Of a stretch of 64,000 bases of DNA, positions 1 to 11,819 are shown piece by piece. The translations under genes were made by a program, and so were the position numbers. The notes below the pieces were generated by a model. The model searched no databases and was not told the DNA's origin. It worked only from the letters and a program-made list of their open reading frames with translations. Source of the stretch: Somniosus microcephalus (taxonomy: Eukaryota); NCBI GenBank assembly GCA_052327205.1, contig CM126204.1:292082001-292146000 (forward strand), in the 5' to 3' direction. Positions within the stretch are counted from its first letter, which is position 1; each line of letters begins with the position of its first letter.

Positions 1-1650
1 CTTCCAAGGATTTCTACAGTCCCTTCTTCAATGCCCACTTTTCCCGCACCCGAAGCAGTTATGCCTCGTATCGGAAGGGTTACCCCCTTCCTGGTGCCAT
101 TCCTTCTTACTTTGGCTAGGTTTTAACTCGTGAACCTTTCATTTAGTGTGTGGTTCTTCTACCCCTCTACCATTGCGGTAAGCCAGGGTCAGTTGTCTGA
201 CCACTGTCTCCTCGATGACTTGGGGGCCCTTTAGGTCGAACCACAGCTCGGCCTTGGCTCTGATCCATGGCAAGCTGTTTGCCACCAGACTTCGGAGCCA
301 GTGAGCCAGCTCATCCTGGTTCAAGTTAGTCCGGCCGAGATCCCCATTACAGGCACTCCTATACATAGGCCACAGCCTGTCTGCGAAAGCCTGTGGGGCC
401 TCCCCTGCTAACTGGGTAGTCTTCTCCACCCGGGAGAAAGGACTACCATCATTCATCCCCATCGCCTCCAGAACTTGATCCCGGATGGCAGCGTACCCAT
501 CCTGTCCCTTCTTGCACTCAGCAGAGAGGGACTGGTACAGCTTGCCATCTAAGGTGAACAGAAGCATCTTGGCCATCTCTGAGTCGTCGCACCCATTGAT
601 GCCTGCTGCTTGTTCCACTTCCACAAAGTGGACTGAGGGGTCTCCCTTTTGGGTGAGTTTGCTCAGGTGGCTTACCATAGCCCTAAGCTGTTGGGTCCCA
701 TGGGGAATCACGAATTGGCTTTCAAGGGGCCCCTGGCCCCCACCACCCCCGGGTGGGCCAAACTTTTGCTGCCGAGCCGGGCACATCGGCCCCGGCTCCG
801 ACCTTTCCTGCATTTGTTTGCCCACTTCTGCCTGCTGCCAAACCGAATCAAAACCTGGCGCCACAGGTGGTGATAGTGTGTACTCCTCCCTGCAGATTGC
901 CTGTCCTTCCTGCTGCCCAACCGGGTTGTTCCCCGGCACCACAGGTGACGTCTGAACAGTTTCTTCTTCTACTTCCAGGTCTACCCGGGCCGCACCCGGG
1001 CTTACTAGGCATACCTTGCCTTTTGCCCTGGACAGAGCAAGTTTTAAACTGTCGATCTGCTTTTGACAGAGGCCGTGATCTCCTGCTTCAAAATCCCTAG
1101 TGCTTGCTACTTTATAAGCTGCCTTCACTTCTCTGAACTTTTCCTCCTGTTCTTTTAACTATCTGGTTAGGCAAGCGTTCTCCTCCTTTAACACTAACTC
1201 ATTGCTTTTAGCCTCGGTGACTTGACACCGAAAGTATTCATGCCTGTTCCTGTGTTTCTCCACTAGCTGTAACTTCTCCTGACTTTAAAGGGCCTGTAAT
1301 TCCTGCAATAATCCTTCCCCTGCTATAGCTCTTGCTTGAGACAGTTTGGCTGCCTCTTGCAGCTCTTCTGTCTACGCTTTAATGTGCTGATCTAAAAGCT
1401 GGATCTGTCATAGGGCGCAGACCAACCAGATGGCCTTTTCTACCGACTTCTTATGATCCTTGCTCTCAGTCCATTTGGCTGCAGCGTCCATGGGACACTC
1501 AGCACGCAACAGACTGGTCACCCATTTCTTGGTGATATTCACCTTCTCAGAAACGTAAGAGGAAATCCTCTCTTCCATTTTCGTTCTTTCATCAAACACA
1601 GGGTCTATTGCATTACATCCCTTTTGCCAAAGTGCTGCCGCGGTCGCCAT
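1..1650 (-). pseudogene. gag: Decayed gag of an LTR retrotransposon or endogenous retrovirus (unclassified); runs off the window start
   Basis: ORF pieces 1408-1650 and 139-1128 with a coiled-coil-like part and a capsid MHR-like motif (QLAGEAPQAFADRL). Minus-strand translation near 15-65 gives the CCHC knuckle CFGCGKSGH*RRDC. Internal stops are present. Confidence 0.7.
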
Positions 1651-2822
1651 TTCTGTAAGGGGTGGTGTGTGTGGTCAGCTTTGCCTCTGACTCCCTGAGC
1701 AGTTCAAATCACTCCCACTCCCTTGGTTCTGGACTTTGGACTTATTTAGGGGTTGTAATGAAATTGCAACAGACAACTGAGTTGGTGAAAAAAGAATTTT
1801 GATTTTTTTTTGAGACAGGAAAAATATACAATACAATAATCTTATACTCTAAAAGGGGGAACACTTCAGAATATGCGAGGGAGAATGACAATGGACAAAA
1901 TACCTTACCCCTCCCAATCCCACTACACTAACTAGGTTGAATTCCAGAGGACCAGGAAATGCTCACCAAACGACTTTCTTGACAGTTGTGGAGGTTCGCG
2001 ATTTCAGGGTTCTCTTTAGTTGTGGCGGTTGGGGCCTGCTGTACCCTGGACGCGGTGGAAGACTGCACCTGCGTTGGGTTTTCAGTCTTCGCGAGTCCGC
2101 TGATGCGGTTGGGTGCATAGTTGGATTTATCGGATAAGTACCCAATTTCCTTTGGTTAGGTATAGTTTTTAGAATCTTTTGTGTTAAATTTCACCCAGGG
2201 GTAAGTCAGGCTAGCTTGTAGAGTGGAAAAAAACTTGCGAATCTTCAGTTTCTTGTTGGTTGCGGTGGCCCAATATTACCTAGTTGGTGGTAATACTGTT
2301 AGTTGTTGGTTTCTTGAGGCCTTTGGTTGCCGCGATTCCTTATGTTAAAGAAGTTCTTCCAGGTTGTAGCTAGGTAGGAGTTTAGTTACAGGAACTGTGT
2401 GTAACAGTGTTGAGAACTGGAGCATCTGTCTGAATTGGTAGTTTGGGGAGAATGATCTTGGGCTATGGGAATATTGGGAGTAGGTGTCATGGGACTGGGA
2501 GAATTGATGGTTTACACAGGAGTGGCGTTGCCTTGCTGGGGGCCACGTGCAAAGGTTCGGTTTGGGGCCCCTACATCAATAAAGTTGAGATCATTAAACT
2601 TATCACTGGATTTGCTCGGGGCCCCTGACTGACTGACTTACAGGAAGTATGTGCTAATCTCAAGATTTTTATAATTAGATAATTTGGACATATAGTGGAT
2701 CACTGTAAACAGAAACATGCATTATATCTGAGGTTACATCATAAGGAATAGCAGTATAATGAGAGGCCACTGTATAAGAACATAACAGATGGGAGCAGGG
2801 GTAGGCCATACAGCCCCTCGAG

Positions 2823-3067
2823 TATGCCTTCATCAGCCCATGTGTTTTACCTGCTTGTATTGTGTGAACCGCCCCCTTTTGTTCCTATTGTGTGTATTGG
2901 CTACGCCCCTGTCTTTTGCCATATAAAGGTCTCAAGAGCTGTATGAGTCATTCCTACCAGACGAACCCGATGTGGGAAGACCTGCAATGCTGCAATGTTC
3001 TTAGTGATTAAAAGCCTTTAGTTGAATCCTTTAAACTCCTTGTCTCTGAGTTATTGAAGGCACATCA
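2823..3067 (+). repeat. 5' LTR lacking its first 12 nt
   Basis: Matches 6824-7068 with no mismatch seen; TATA-like ATATAAAG near 2921 and ATTAAA near 3007. Confidence 0.9.
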
Positions 3068-3090
3068 ATTTTAATCACTAAAACACCAAG

Positions 3091-6000
3091 ATGGATCGAG
3101 TCCTGAAACCAGAGCGCTTGGATCTGGACCCCCATGCCTCAGACGCAGCCACACAGTTCGGACACTGGTTCCGATGCTTCGACTTTTTCATTGCAAACTC
3201 ATCCACCGCCATAGCAGCCACAAACGCTACCGGAGACATGAAACTGGGAATCCTGCGAAACTGGGTGAGCCATCGGGTCTCCCCTCTCATCCAAGATGCC
3301 ACCAGCTACGGGGATGCCTGCTCCATTCTGAAGGCCCACTACGTGCGGCCAATAAACGAGGTGTACGCCGGGCATCTTCTGACTACTCGCATGCAGCGGC
3401 ATGGTGAGTCACTAGAGGACTTTATACTAAGCCTAAAAGTACTGGGCAGAGACTGTAACTGTAAGGCCGTGTCTGCCATCGTGTACACGGAGGAGCTGAT
3501 TCAAGACTCCCTTATTGCGGGCCTCAGTTCAAATTACATTCGGCAGAAACTGTTTGAAAAGGAGGGACTGGACTTAAAACAGGCTATAGATATAGCGCGA
3601 TCGCTGGATATGGCCCAGAAGAACTCTGAATCCTGTTCCCCAGGCCACGCGGCCCACTCCGCCTCGTGCGCGCCGTGGGGGCCGCCATCTTGGAAGCCAT
3701 CTTCACCTCCCAGGTCTCAGGCCAGCCCAGCACCATCGGAGCCCCAGCCTCCACCCAGGAGCCCCACTACTGCCGCGATGCATCGGGGCCCGAAATGCTA
3801 CTTCTGCGGCCAGGACAAACACTCCAGGCATCTATGCCCAGCGAAGGGCACCACCTGTTTTAAATGCGGGAAGAAAGGACATTTCAGCAAAGTCTGCAGA
3901 GGGAACCCCGCCTCCAACTCCACCACCGCCGCGTGCGCGCCGTGGGGGCGGCCATCTTGGACGCCATCTTGTCCACCCTCATGGAGTCCACCATCTTGCC
4001 CCGACTACATGGACCTCCAGGACCCACTAGTGGCCTCGATCACAGTGGATCAATCCAGGCCATATCCGTTGTCCAAATCGATGATGGACAAAGAGGTAAA
4101 CGGGAACAAGTTTAAATGCTTGATTGACTGCGGGAGCACTGAAAGCTTTATTCATCCTAGCCTGGTAAAACGACTTTCACTAACGATAGTCCCCACACAG
4201 GGCAAAATCGCCATGGCCGATAAGACTCATACCTCAAAAATTACAGGTTTCTGCGCGGTTATGTTGTCGGTAAAAGGCAATGATTACAGAGATTTTAAAC
4301 TATTGATAATGCCAGATCTCTGTGTGAGCGTGATCTTGGGTCTGGACTTCCAGTGCCACCACCAAAGTATCACGCTTACCTACGGTGGGTCCCAGCCGCC
4401 CCTCACAGTGTGCGGTCTGGCTACCCTGAAGGTCAAGCCGCCCTCTCTGTTCGCCAACCTCGCACCCAACTGTCGACCCATAGCGACCAAGAGTAGGCGG
4501 TACAGCTGGGAGGGTAGACGGTTCATTGCGTCGGAAGTAGAAAGACTCAAGCGGGAGGGTATCATCGAATGCAGTACCAGCCCGTGGCGCGCCCAGGTAG
4601 TAGTAGTTAAGGGTAGCGAAAAGAAGCGGATGGTGATAGATTATAGCCAGACGGTTAATCTATACACCCAGCTAGACGCCTACCCTCTGCCTCGCATAGC
4701 GGATATGGTTAACCAAATCGCGCAATACCGGGTGTTTTCCACCATCGACCTAAAATCGGCATACCACCAGCTCCCCATTAGGCCGGAGGACCGTCCATAC
4801 ACTGCCTTCGAGGTGAATGGGCGTCTCTACCACTTCCTCAGAGTCCCCTTTGGGGTAACGAACGGGGTCTCGGTCTTCCAGCGGGAGATGGACCGCATGG
4901 TCGATGAGAACCAGTTAACAGCCACCTACCTATACCTAGACAACGTCACCATCTGCGGCCACGACCAGCAAGACCACGACTCGAACCTCGCGAGATTTCT
5001 GAAAACCGCCCTCAGACTCAATCTCACCTACAACGAGGATAAGTGTGTCTTTAGCACCACGCGCCTCTGTATCCTGGGCTGCGTGGTGGAAAACGGGGAA
5101 ATCGGTCCAGACCCCGACCGATTGCGCCCCCTATGGGAGCTACCCCTACTAAACACTCCCAAGGCCCTGAAAAGGTGCCTGGGGTTCTTCTCCTATTACG
5201 CCCAATGGGTCCCCAATTATTCCGACAAGGCCCGTCCCCTCCTGAAATCAACGTCCTTCCCGCTCACGGCCGAGGCCCACGCCGCCTTCAACAGCATTAA
5301 ACACGACATTGAGAAGGCCGCGCTGCGGGCAGTGGACTAAAACATCCCTTTCCAGGTCGAAAGCGATGCGTCCGACTTCGCTTTAGCAGCCACCCTCAAC
5401 CAGGATGGGCGGCCCGTAGCCTTTTTCTCAAGAACCCTCCAAGGGCCCGAGATCAGGCACTCCTCGGTAGAAAAGGAGGCCCAGGCCACAGTGGAGGCAG
5501 TGCGGCACTGGAGGCACTACCTAGCCGGCAAACGCTTCACCCTGCTTACCGACCAGCGGTCGGTAGCCTTCATGTTTAACAACAAACAGAGGGGGAAGAT
5601 CAAGAACGACAAAATTCTCAGGTGGCGGATCGAACTCTCCACGTTTGAGTACGACATAATATATAGGCCGGGGGCCCTCAACGAATCCCCCGACGCCCTA
5701 TCACGAGGGATGTGTGCCAGCATCCAGGGGGACAGGCTACAGGGCCTCCACAATGGCCTCTGCCACCCGGGGGTCACCCGGCTATTCCACTTTATAAAAT
5801 CCCATAACCTGCCCTATTCCATCGAGGAGGTCCGGTCTATGACCAGTGACTGCCGCACCTGTGCGGAATGCAAGCCCCGTTTTTTCAGGCCCGACCGAGC
5901 CCACCTGATCAAAGCTACATGGCCATTCGAGCGCCTGAGCTTAGATTTCAAGGGACCACTCCCCTCCACCGACCGCAATGTGTACTTTCTCAACATTGTG

Positions 6001-6801
6001 GACGAGTACTCCCGCTTCCCATTCGCCTACCCCTGCCCAGATATGACCAGTGCCATGGTCATCAAGTGCCTCGGCAACCTGTTTTGCACGTTCGGCATGC
6101 CTAACTACATCCACACTGACAGGGGGGCGTCGTTCATGAGCGATGAACTGCGCCAATACCTGCTGTCGAAGGGGATAGCCACAAGTCGGACCACTAGTTA
6201 TAACCCCCAGGGTAATGGGCAAGTGGAGAGGGAGAACGCGACAGTGTGGAAGGCGGTCACCTTAGCACTAAGGTCTAAAGGCCTCCCCACCTCCCGCTGG
6301 CAGGAGGTCCTCCCAGACGTACTCCACTCGATAAGGTCGCTACTGTGTACCGCTACTAACGCCACTCCTCACGAGAAGATGTTTGTTTTTCCCCGCAAAT
6401 CAGCCTCAGGAGTATCCCTACCCTCGTGGCTCTCCACCCCAGGGACAGTCCTGTTACGGAAGCATGTGAGGGGCCACAAAATGGATCCCCTCATGGAGGC
6501 AGTACACCTACTCCACGCAAACCCACAGTACGCGTACGTCAAGCACGCCGACGGGCGTGAAGACACCGTGTCCTGAAAGGACCTCACCTCGGCAGGAAGC
6601 GACGACGACGACCCATCACCACCACCCCCAGAAGAACCTCCACCATCCCCAGAGGTATCCTCACCACCCCCAGAAGTACCTGCAACACCCCCAGCACATG
6701 GGTATGCCCAGGAGGGCACCACGGACTCCCGGTCGGAACCCAAAGTACTGTTGCGACGTTCAGGAAGGACTATCACACCCCCGGACAGACTAAATCTGTA
6801 G
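3091..6801 (+). pseudogene. gag-pol: Single-frame Gag-Pol polyprotein with two in-frame stops (5338-5340, 6574-6576)
   Basis: CCHC knuckles CYFCGQDKHSRHLC and CFKCGKKGHFSKVC; protease LIDCGS; RT YLDN; RNase H; integrase HPG...CRTC, DFKGP, TDRG, ERENA; the frame continues to ...PPDRLNL* just before the PPT. Confidence 0.92.
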
Positions 6802-6811
6802 AAGGGGTGAA

Positions 6812-7068
6812 TGTGATGAAATATATGCCTTCATCAGCCCATGTGTTTTACCTGCTTGTATTGTGTGAACCGCCCCCTTTTGTTCCTATTGTGTGTATTG
6901 GCTACGCCCCTGTCTTTTGCCATATAAAGGTCTCAAGAGCTGTATGAGTCATTCCTACCAGACGAACCCGATGTGGGAAGACCTGCAATGCTGCAATGTT
7001 CTTAGTGATTAAAAGCCTTTAGTTGAATCCTTTAAACTCCTTGTCTCTGAGTTATTGAAGGCACATCA
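6812..7068 (+). repeat. 3' LTR, complete (TG...CA)
   Basis: Follows the PPT; 257 bp. Confidence 0.92.
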
Positions 7069-7109
7069 GTTACCTCATAAGGAATAGCAGTATAATGAGA
7101 GGCCACTGT

Positions 7110-7430
7110 ATAAGAACATAACAGATGGGAGCAGGGGTAGGCCATACAGCCCCTCGAGTTTGCCCGCCATTCAATAAGATCATGGCTGAACTTTTACATC
7201 AATTCCACTTTCCCACCCTATCCCCATATCCCTTGATTCTCTTAGTGCCCAAAATCTATCGATTGAGCATCCACAGCCCTCTGGGGTAGAGAATTCCAAA
7301 GATTGACAACCCTGAGTGAAGAAATTTCTCCTTATCTCAGCCCTAAATGGCCGATCCCTTATCCTGAGACTATGACGCCTAGTTCTAGACAGGGGAAACA
7401 GCCTATCAGCATCCACCCTGTCAAGCTCTC
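7110..7430 (-). mobile_element. CR1-type LINE 3' fragment
   Basis: ORF remnant DADRLFPLSRTRRHSLRIRDRPFRAEIRRNFFTQ plus a 3' UTR homologous to 62380-62478. Confidence 0.85.
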
Positions 7431-8489
7431 AATGTGCAATTTTCTGAAGATACTGATAAATCTAAATTAACAACTCCTCACCTACCTTTATTAGGATATA
7501 CTTTGCCAAACATAATATAACAAAACATTTCCTTTCTGTTTTGGGCACATAGATCCGTCTCCTCTGTCCCTTTCTACCCCATGCTCCCTTAGATCCCTTT
7601 GATGGGTTTCCCAATACCCATCCAGATCATATTGCCCTGTTAAGTTGTCTCTCATGGACAAAACTCTTACCATACATGATCTTACAACAACAACCACCTT
7701 ATTCTAAATGAGTACATCAACAACATGGCCCGACAGAGGTCTGGCTCACCAACTGGTCATGAAGCTTCAGTCTTTGAAGTGAGTGCTGCTATTTTAGTTC
7801 CAGCAGCACACTGCAGTCTTTCTGTTTAGTTCATGCAGTGGTTATTTCTAGTGTCAAAGTCTTGTATGAACCTGCCATAGTGATTTGCCATTCTTAGTAG
7901 GCTCATACTTTGTACCAGGGAATACTCATTCTTGATCACCATCACTTTTAAGTGATTTGATGATATGCTATGTTTAGAGATCTCCAATCATATACTAGCT
8001 GCACATTTTATTATTTGCATGTGCTGATTGTTGGTGTGCTGACCTTGCTTGATTTTGCAATATCAGCTACATTTATATAATATGGGCAAGCTCCCTGAAT
8101 CTGGAGGTGGGACACAGAGAGGCGCAGGTGTAAAGAGCTGCTTATGATGAATACATTTAAAGGTTAGTAGCCAAATATGGAAACAAAAATGCTGCTCGTC
8201 TTTACGAAGGCTGCTAATGTTTTTAAAGTATATTTACAAAAGCAGTTTGGGTAAAATAAATCACTGGACAAGCAAGTGGTTAGTGCAATAAATGTGGTGT
8301 TAGGAAACTGGATTTGAGTCCAAGTGATGCAGTTTGAAGGCTGATGAAGTGGATGCGGTACTGAATTGGGTGCCATCAAAGAGGATGGTCCTACTAATGG
8401 GATATGGCCGGAATATCTCTGGCTGGCCCTCAAAGTCCAGTTTTGCTATTAGCTGAGGTTGGGCTCCTTGTCCACTTGCTCTGTGGTAA

Positions 8490-8790
8490 CACCTCACTGC
8501 GTGGTAAAATTGTACAACATGCAGCAGACTACTGACATCTTAAATGAGCCTTGGCAGGGCTCAACTGTACCACGCCTCCTCAGCTTCCAGGCACGTGAAG
8601 TACTGCTTTAACATGCTGACGATATACTCCACAATTATCCTGACAGCTGTATGTGTCTTATCATTTCACTGTTCAACTTGTGTTCATGGGTGTCTCAATG
8701 GGGTCATGAGCTAGGGCTGAAGAGGGTATTCTTGGTCACCAGGCAGCCATCTATCCAGCCTGCCTTCACCTTTAAATAATGCAGGCACAG
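8490..8790 (-). pseudogene. Ancient Harbinger transposase C-terminal remnant
   Basis: Manual translation VPALFKGEGRLDRWLPGDQEYPLQP*LMTPLRHP...IIVEYIVSMLKQYFTCL...VCCMLYN aligns with VPPLF...[22 protein letters not shown]...[16 protein letters not shown]...VCCALHN of the 27174 ORF. Confidence 0.75.
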
Positions 8791-9464
8791 TGGATTGGCT
8801 TAAATGAATGCATCTAGGTCAGAACAGTTCAAATGTATTGCTCAAAACAACTCTAGCTCAAACTGGCAATTTTCTGCCAGTCTCCTCCACTTTTGACCTC
8901 CGACATACGGTTATGCAGTAGACCAGCTTTTGTCTTCGTGGGCCATATAAGCGAGTGCCATGGAGTCTTTGGGGGAGGGGGAATTTTCTAGTTTAAATCC
9001 ACGTTCCCATTAATTTGCATTCCCTGTTGCTGATACTAACAGATCTTGGTCTACGACAGTAAAATTTATCCACCAATGAGGCAGCAGGATTGAAAACAGC
9101 CTTTTCCATATTTTCAGGCTCATGAATTTCAAACAGGACAAATCAGCAAATAAGAAATATAAGTATAAATAAGACTGAGCTACCTCAGCTTTGAGGGCTG
9201 GATTTCAAGGACTTGGGGGCTGCATTTGGCTCCAGCACCAGTATAATCAAAATACCTGCAGGACAGAATGAATATCCAAAGATCATACTCTTCTGGAATG
9301 CCACCTTGATCTATTTATGGATTTTACCTCAGTAGCACATACTCTTATGCATATTATTTGCCCTAATAATGTGTTTCACATGTTAGCTGTATAGTGATGA
9401 ATTGAATTATATTGAAATTACAACGCTGAAAGAAGCCATCCATCTCAGCCAGTCCTTGTTGGGA

Positions 9465-10600
9465 ATAACAACAGAAAACGCTGGAAAAACTCAGCAGGCC
9501 AGGCAACATCCGTGGAGAGAAACAGAGTCAATGTTTCAGGTCAAAGACCCTTCGTCAGAACTGAGAAAAAAGCAGGAAATGAAACAGATTAAAAAGTAAG
9601 TTTGGGGGCTGGGAAATGGGGGAGGGGATGAAAGAACAAAAGGGAAGGTCTGAGAGGTGAAGAGCCATTAAGAGATATTCAAGGCAAGATGAGATGGTAA
9701 TAGGACAGGTAAAGAAACAAAGGATGGCTCTAGATGAAGTGTGAAATGCGCTGGCAGAATGAAAGACAGCTGCCATGTGGGAGAGAAAAAAAAGGGAAAA
9801 GGCACAAACCAAAAATGTGGATAAAAAATATATAAAAATATGATAGGGGCCGAGGTTATGATCTGAAATTGTTGAACTCGATATCGAGTCCGGAAGGCTA
9901 TAAAGTGCCTAATCGGAAGATGAGGTGCTGTTCCTCGAGCTTACGCTGAGCTTCTGTGGAACAGTGTAAGAGGCCGAGGATGGTGAAGTCTGAGTGGGAA
10001 TGGAGCAGTGAATTGAAATGACAGGCGACCGGAAGCTCAGGGTCACCCTTATGGACTGAATGGAGGTGTTCCGCAAAGCGGTCATCCAATCTGCGTTTGG
10101 TCTCCACATCGTGAGCAGCGAATACAGTATACTAGATTGCAAGAAGTACAAGTAAATCGCTGTTTCACCTGGAAGGGGTGTTTGGGGCCCTGGACAGTGG
10201 GAAGGGGGGAGGTATAAGGGCAGGTGTTGCATCTCCTGTGCTTGCACGGGAAGGTGCCGGGCGAAGGGGAAGGGGTGCTGGGGGTGATAGAGGAGTGGAC
10301 TAAGGTGTCTTGGTGGGAGCGGTCCCTACGGAATGCTGAAAGGGGAAGGGAGGGGAGGGGAAGATGCGTTTGGTGGTGGGATCACGTTGGAGGTGGCAAA
10401 AATGGCGGAGGATGATCCGTTGAATGTGGAGGCTGGTGGGGTGAAAGGTGAGGACAAGGGGAACCCTATCGTGGTTCCGGGAGGGAGGGGCAGGGGTGAG
10501 GGCAGAAGTGCGGGAGATAGAACGGACACGGTCGAGGGCCATGTCAACCACGGTAGAGGGGAATCCTCGGTTGAGGAAAAAGAAAGACAGTCCTTGTTGG
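9465..10600 (-). mobile_element. Penelope-like retroelement 3' fragment (GIY-YIG endonuclease region and terminal repeat)
   Basis: ETKRRLDDRFAEHLHSV...VACHFNS...RKLEEQHLIFRLGTL and RVPLVLTFHP motifs. Confidence 0.88.
9523..9562 (-). ncRNA. Minimal hammerhead ribozyme motif of the Penelope repeat
   Basis: Minus strand reads CAGTT-CTGACGA-AGGGTCTTTGACCT-GAAAC-ATTGACTCTG: CUGANGA core, stem II and GAAA core. Confidence 0.7.
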
Positions 10601-11819
10601 TGTTTAGCCTCCTCATTAGCAGTAGTCATAATGCCACAGGCCCACCCTGTTCCCTTTATTCTCTTTTTAACCAACTATCTAACCTATTCTTAAATGTTGA
10701 AATGAGTGGCGATTTTAGACTTGAAATGGATGTGAAATTGATGGAATGGCCGTAATGCCTCCCTGAAGCTGGCAAAAGGAGGCCCAACAATTTAAATGCT
10801 GCCAGCGTGCTGCAGGTACCCTACTGCAGTTCTCCGGTTGTAGAAGGGTGTGAAATCAGTCGGCTCCCACGTTGAGCTGGCCGGCAGCTTAGGCATGGTG
10901 GGGGTGGGGGGGGTGGGGGTGGTGATTCGATCCAAGAGGGGGTCAAGCAAGGGCTGGCAGCAGCCCACAATATTTTAGTGGAGCCAAAAGGAGCATTCCC
11001 ACTCCTCCTGGCCAAACAAAAATTCACTAAAATAAATGTTTGGTCTTTTTTTTGGTGGCCCTTTAAGGACCGCTGGTTAGGTTATGCAACATCTGGTACA
11101 AGTGAGTAGAGCGTGAGTGGCGCACGGTACCCCGATTTGCACCTGAAAATTCCAAACACAGTCCTACAACTGGCCTAAGACCTTGATTTGCATATTTAAG
11201 CAGCCTTCTGCCAGAAAAAGGTGGGCATGCTGCTTGCCCATTTACAAACTAGCCTGAAAATTGCATCAGTCAAGCCTTGGACAGCAATAAGGCAACTGAG
11301 GTGCCCTCTCGATATTCAAATCTCAATGCCTATCATTCAGGTGAGAAATGGGTATCAGCAGTTGAGAATCGCTCCCATTGTCTCCGCTTCATTCAGTAAC
11401 TCTGGTAGTGTATTGCATAGCCTCACAACCCTCTGCTGCTCTCTGTCCTAACTCTCTTACATTTAATCTATGTGCCTTCATTCACTGTAAATAGTCTGTC
11501 TCTATCTACTCTGTCCCATCCCATCCCTTTATAATTTTAAGCACTTCTACCAAATCACCCCTTCATTTTCCCTGTTCTAACAAATTTTTCAAGTTTTTGT
11601 TCGTATTTGTATGTCCTCGTACCTGGCTGCATCTAACTAAATCTGCGCTGTACAATCTCTATCGCCTCAACATCCTTGTACTCTCTTTATTGCCTCAACA
11701 TCATCTGCTATGCCAGAGAATCCTTCCAGGCCACCACAGGGGACAGCTATCACATAAAACATTATGCAGTGCATCCATGAATAAGGGAAGTGACATCTGC
11801 TACATTTGCAAGGGGCAAA

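Larger units (their letters stand above)
2823..7068 (+). mobile_element. Ty3/Gypsy LTR retrotransposon, near full length
   Basis: Direct repeats 2823-3067 and 6812-7068 (TGTGATG...CACATCA), PPT GAAGGGGTGAA at 6801-6811, and gag-PR-RT-RH-IN domain order. Confidence 0.95.

Noticed and set aside
5338-5340. Programmed stop-codon readthrough
   Set aside because: The TAA falls inside the RT/RNase H region rather than at the gag-pol boundary; a GAA to TAA mutation is simpler
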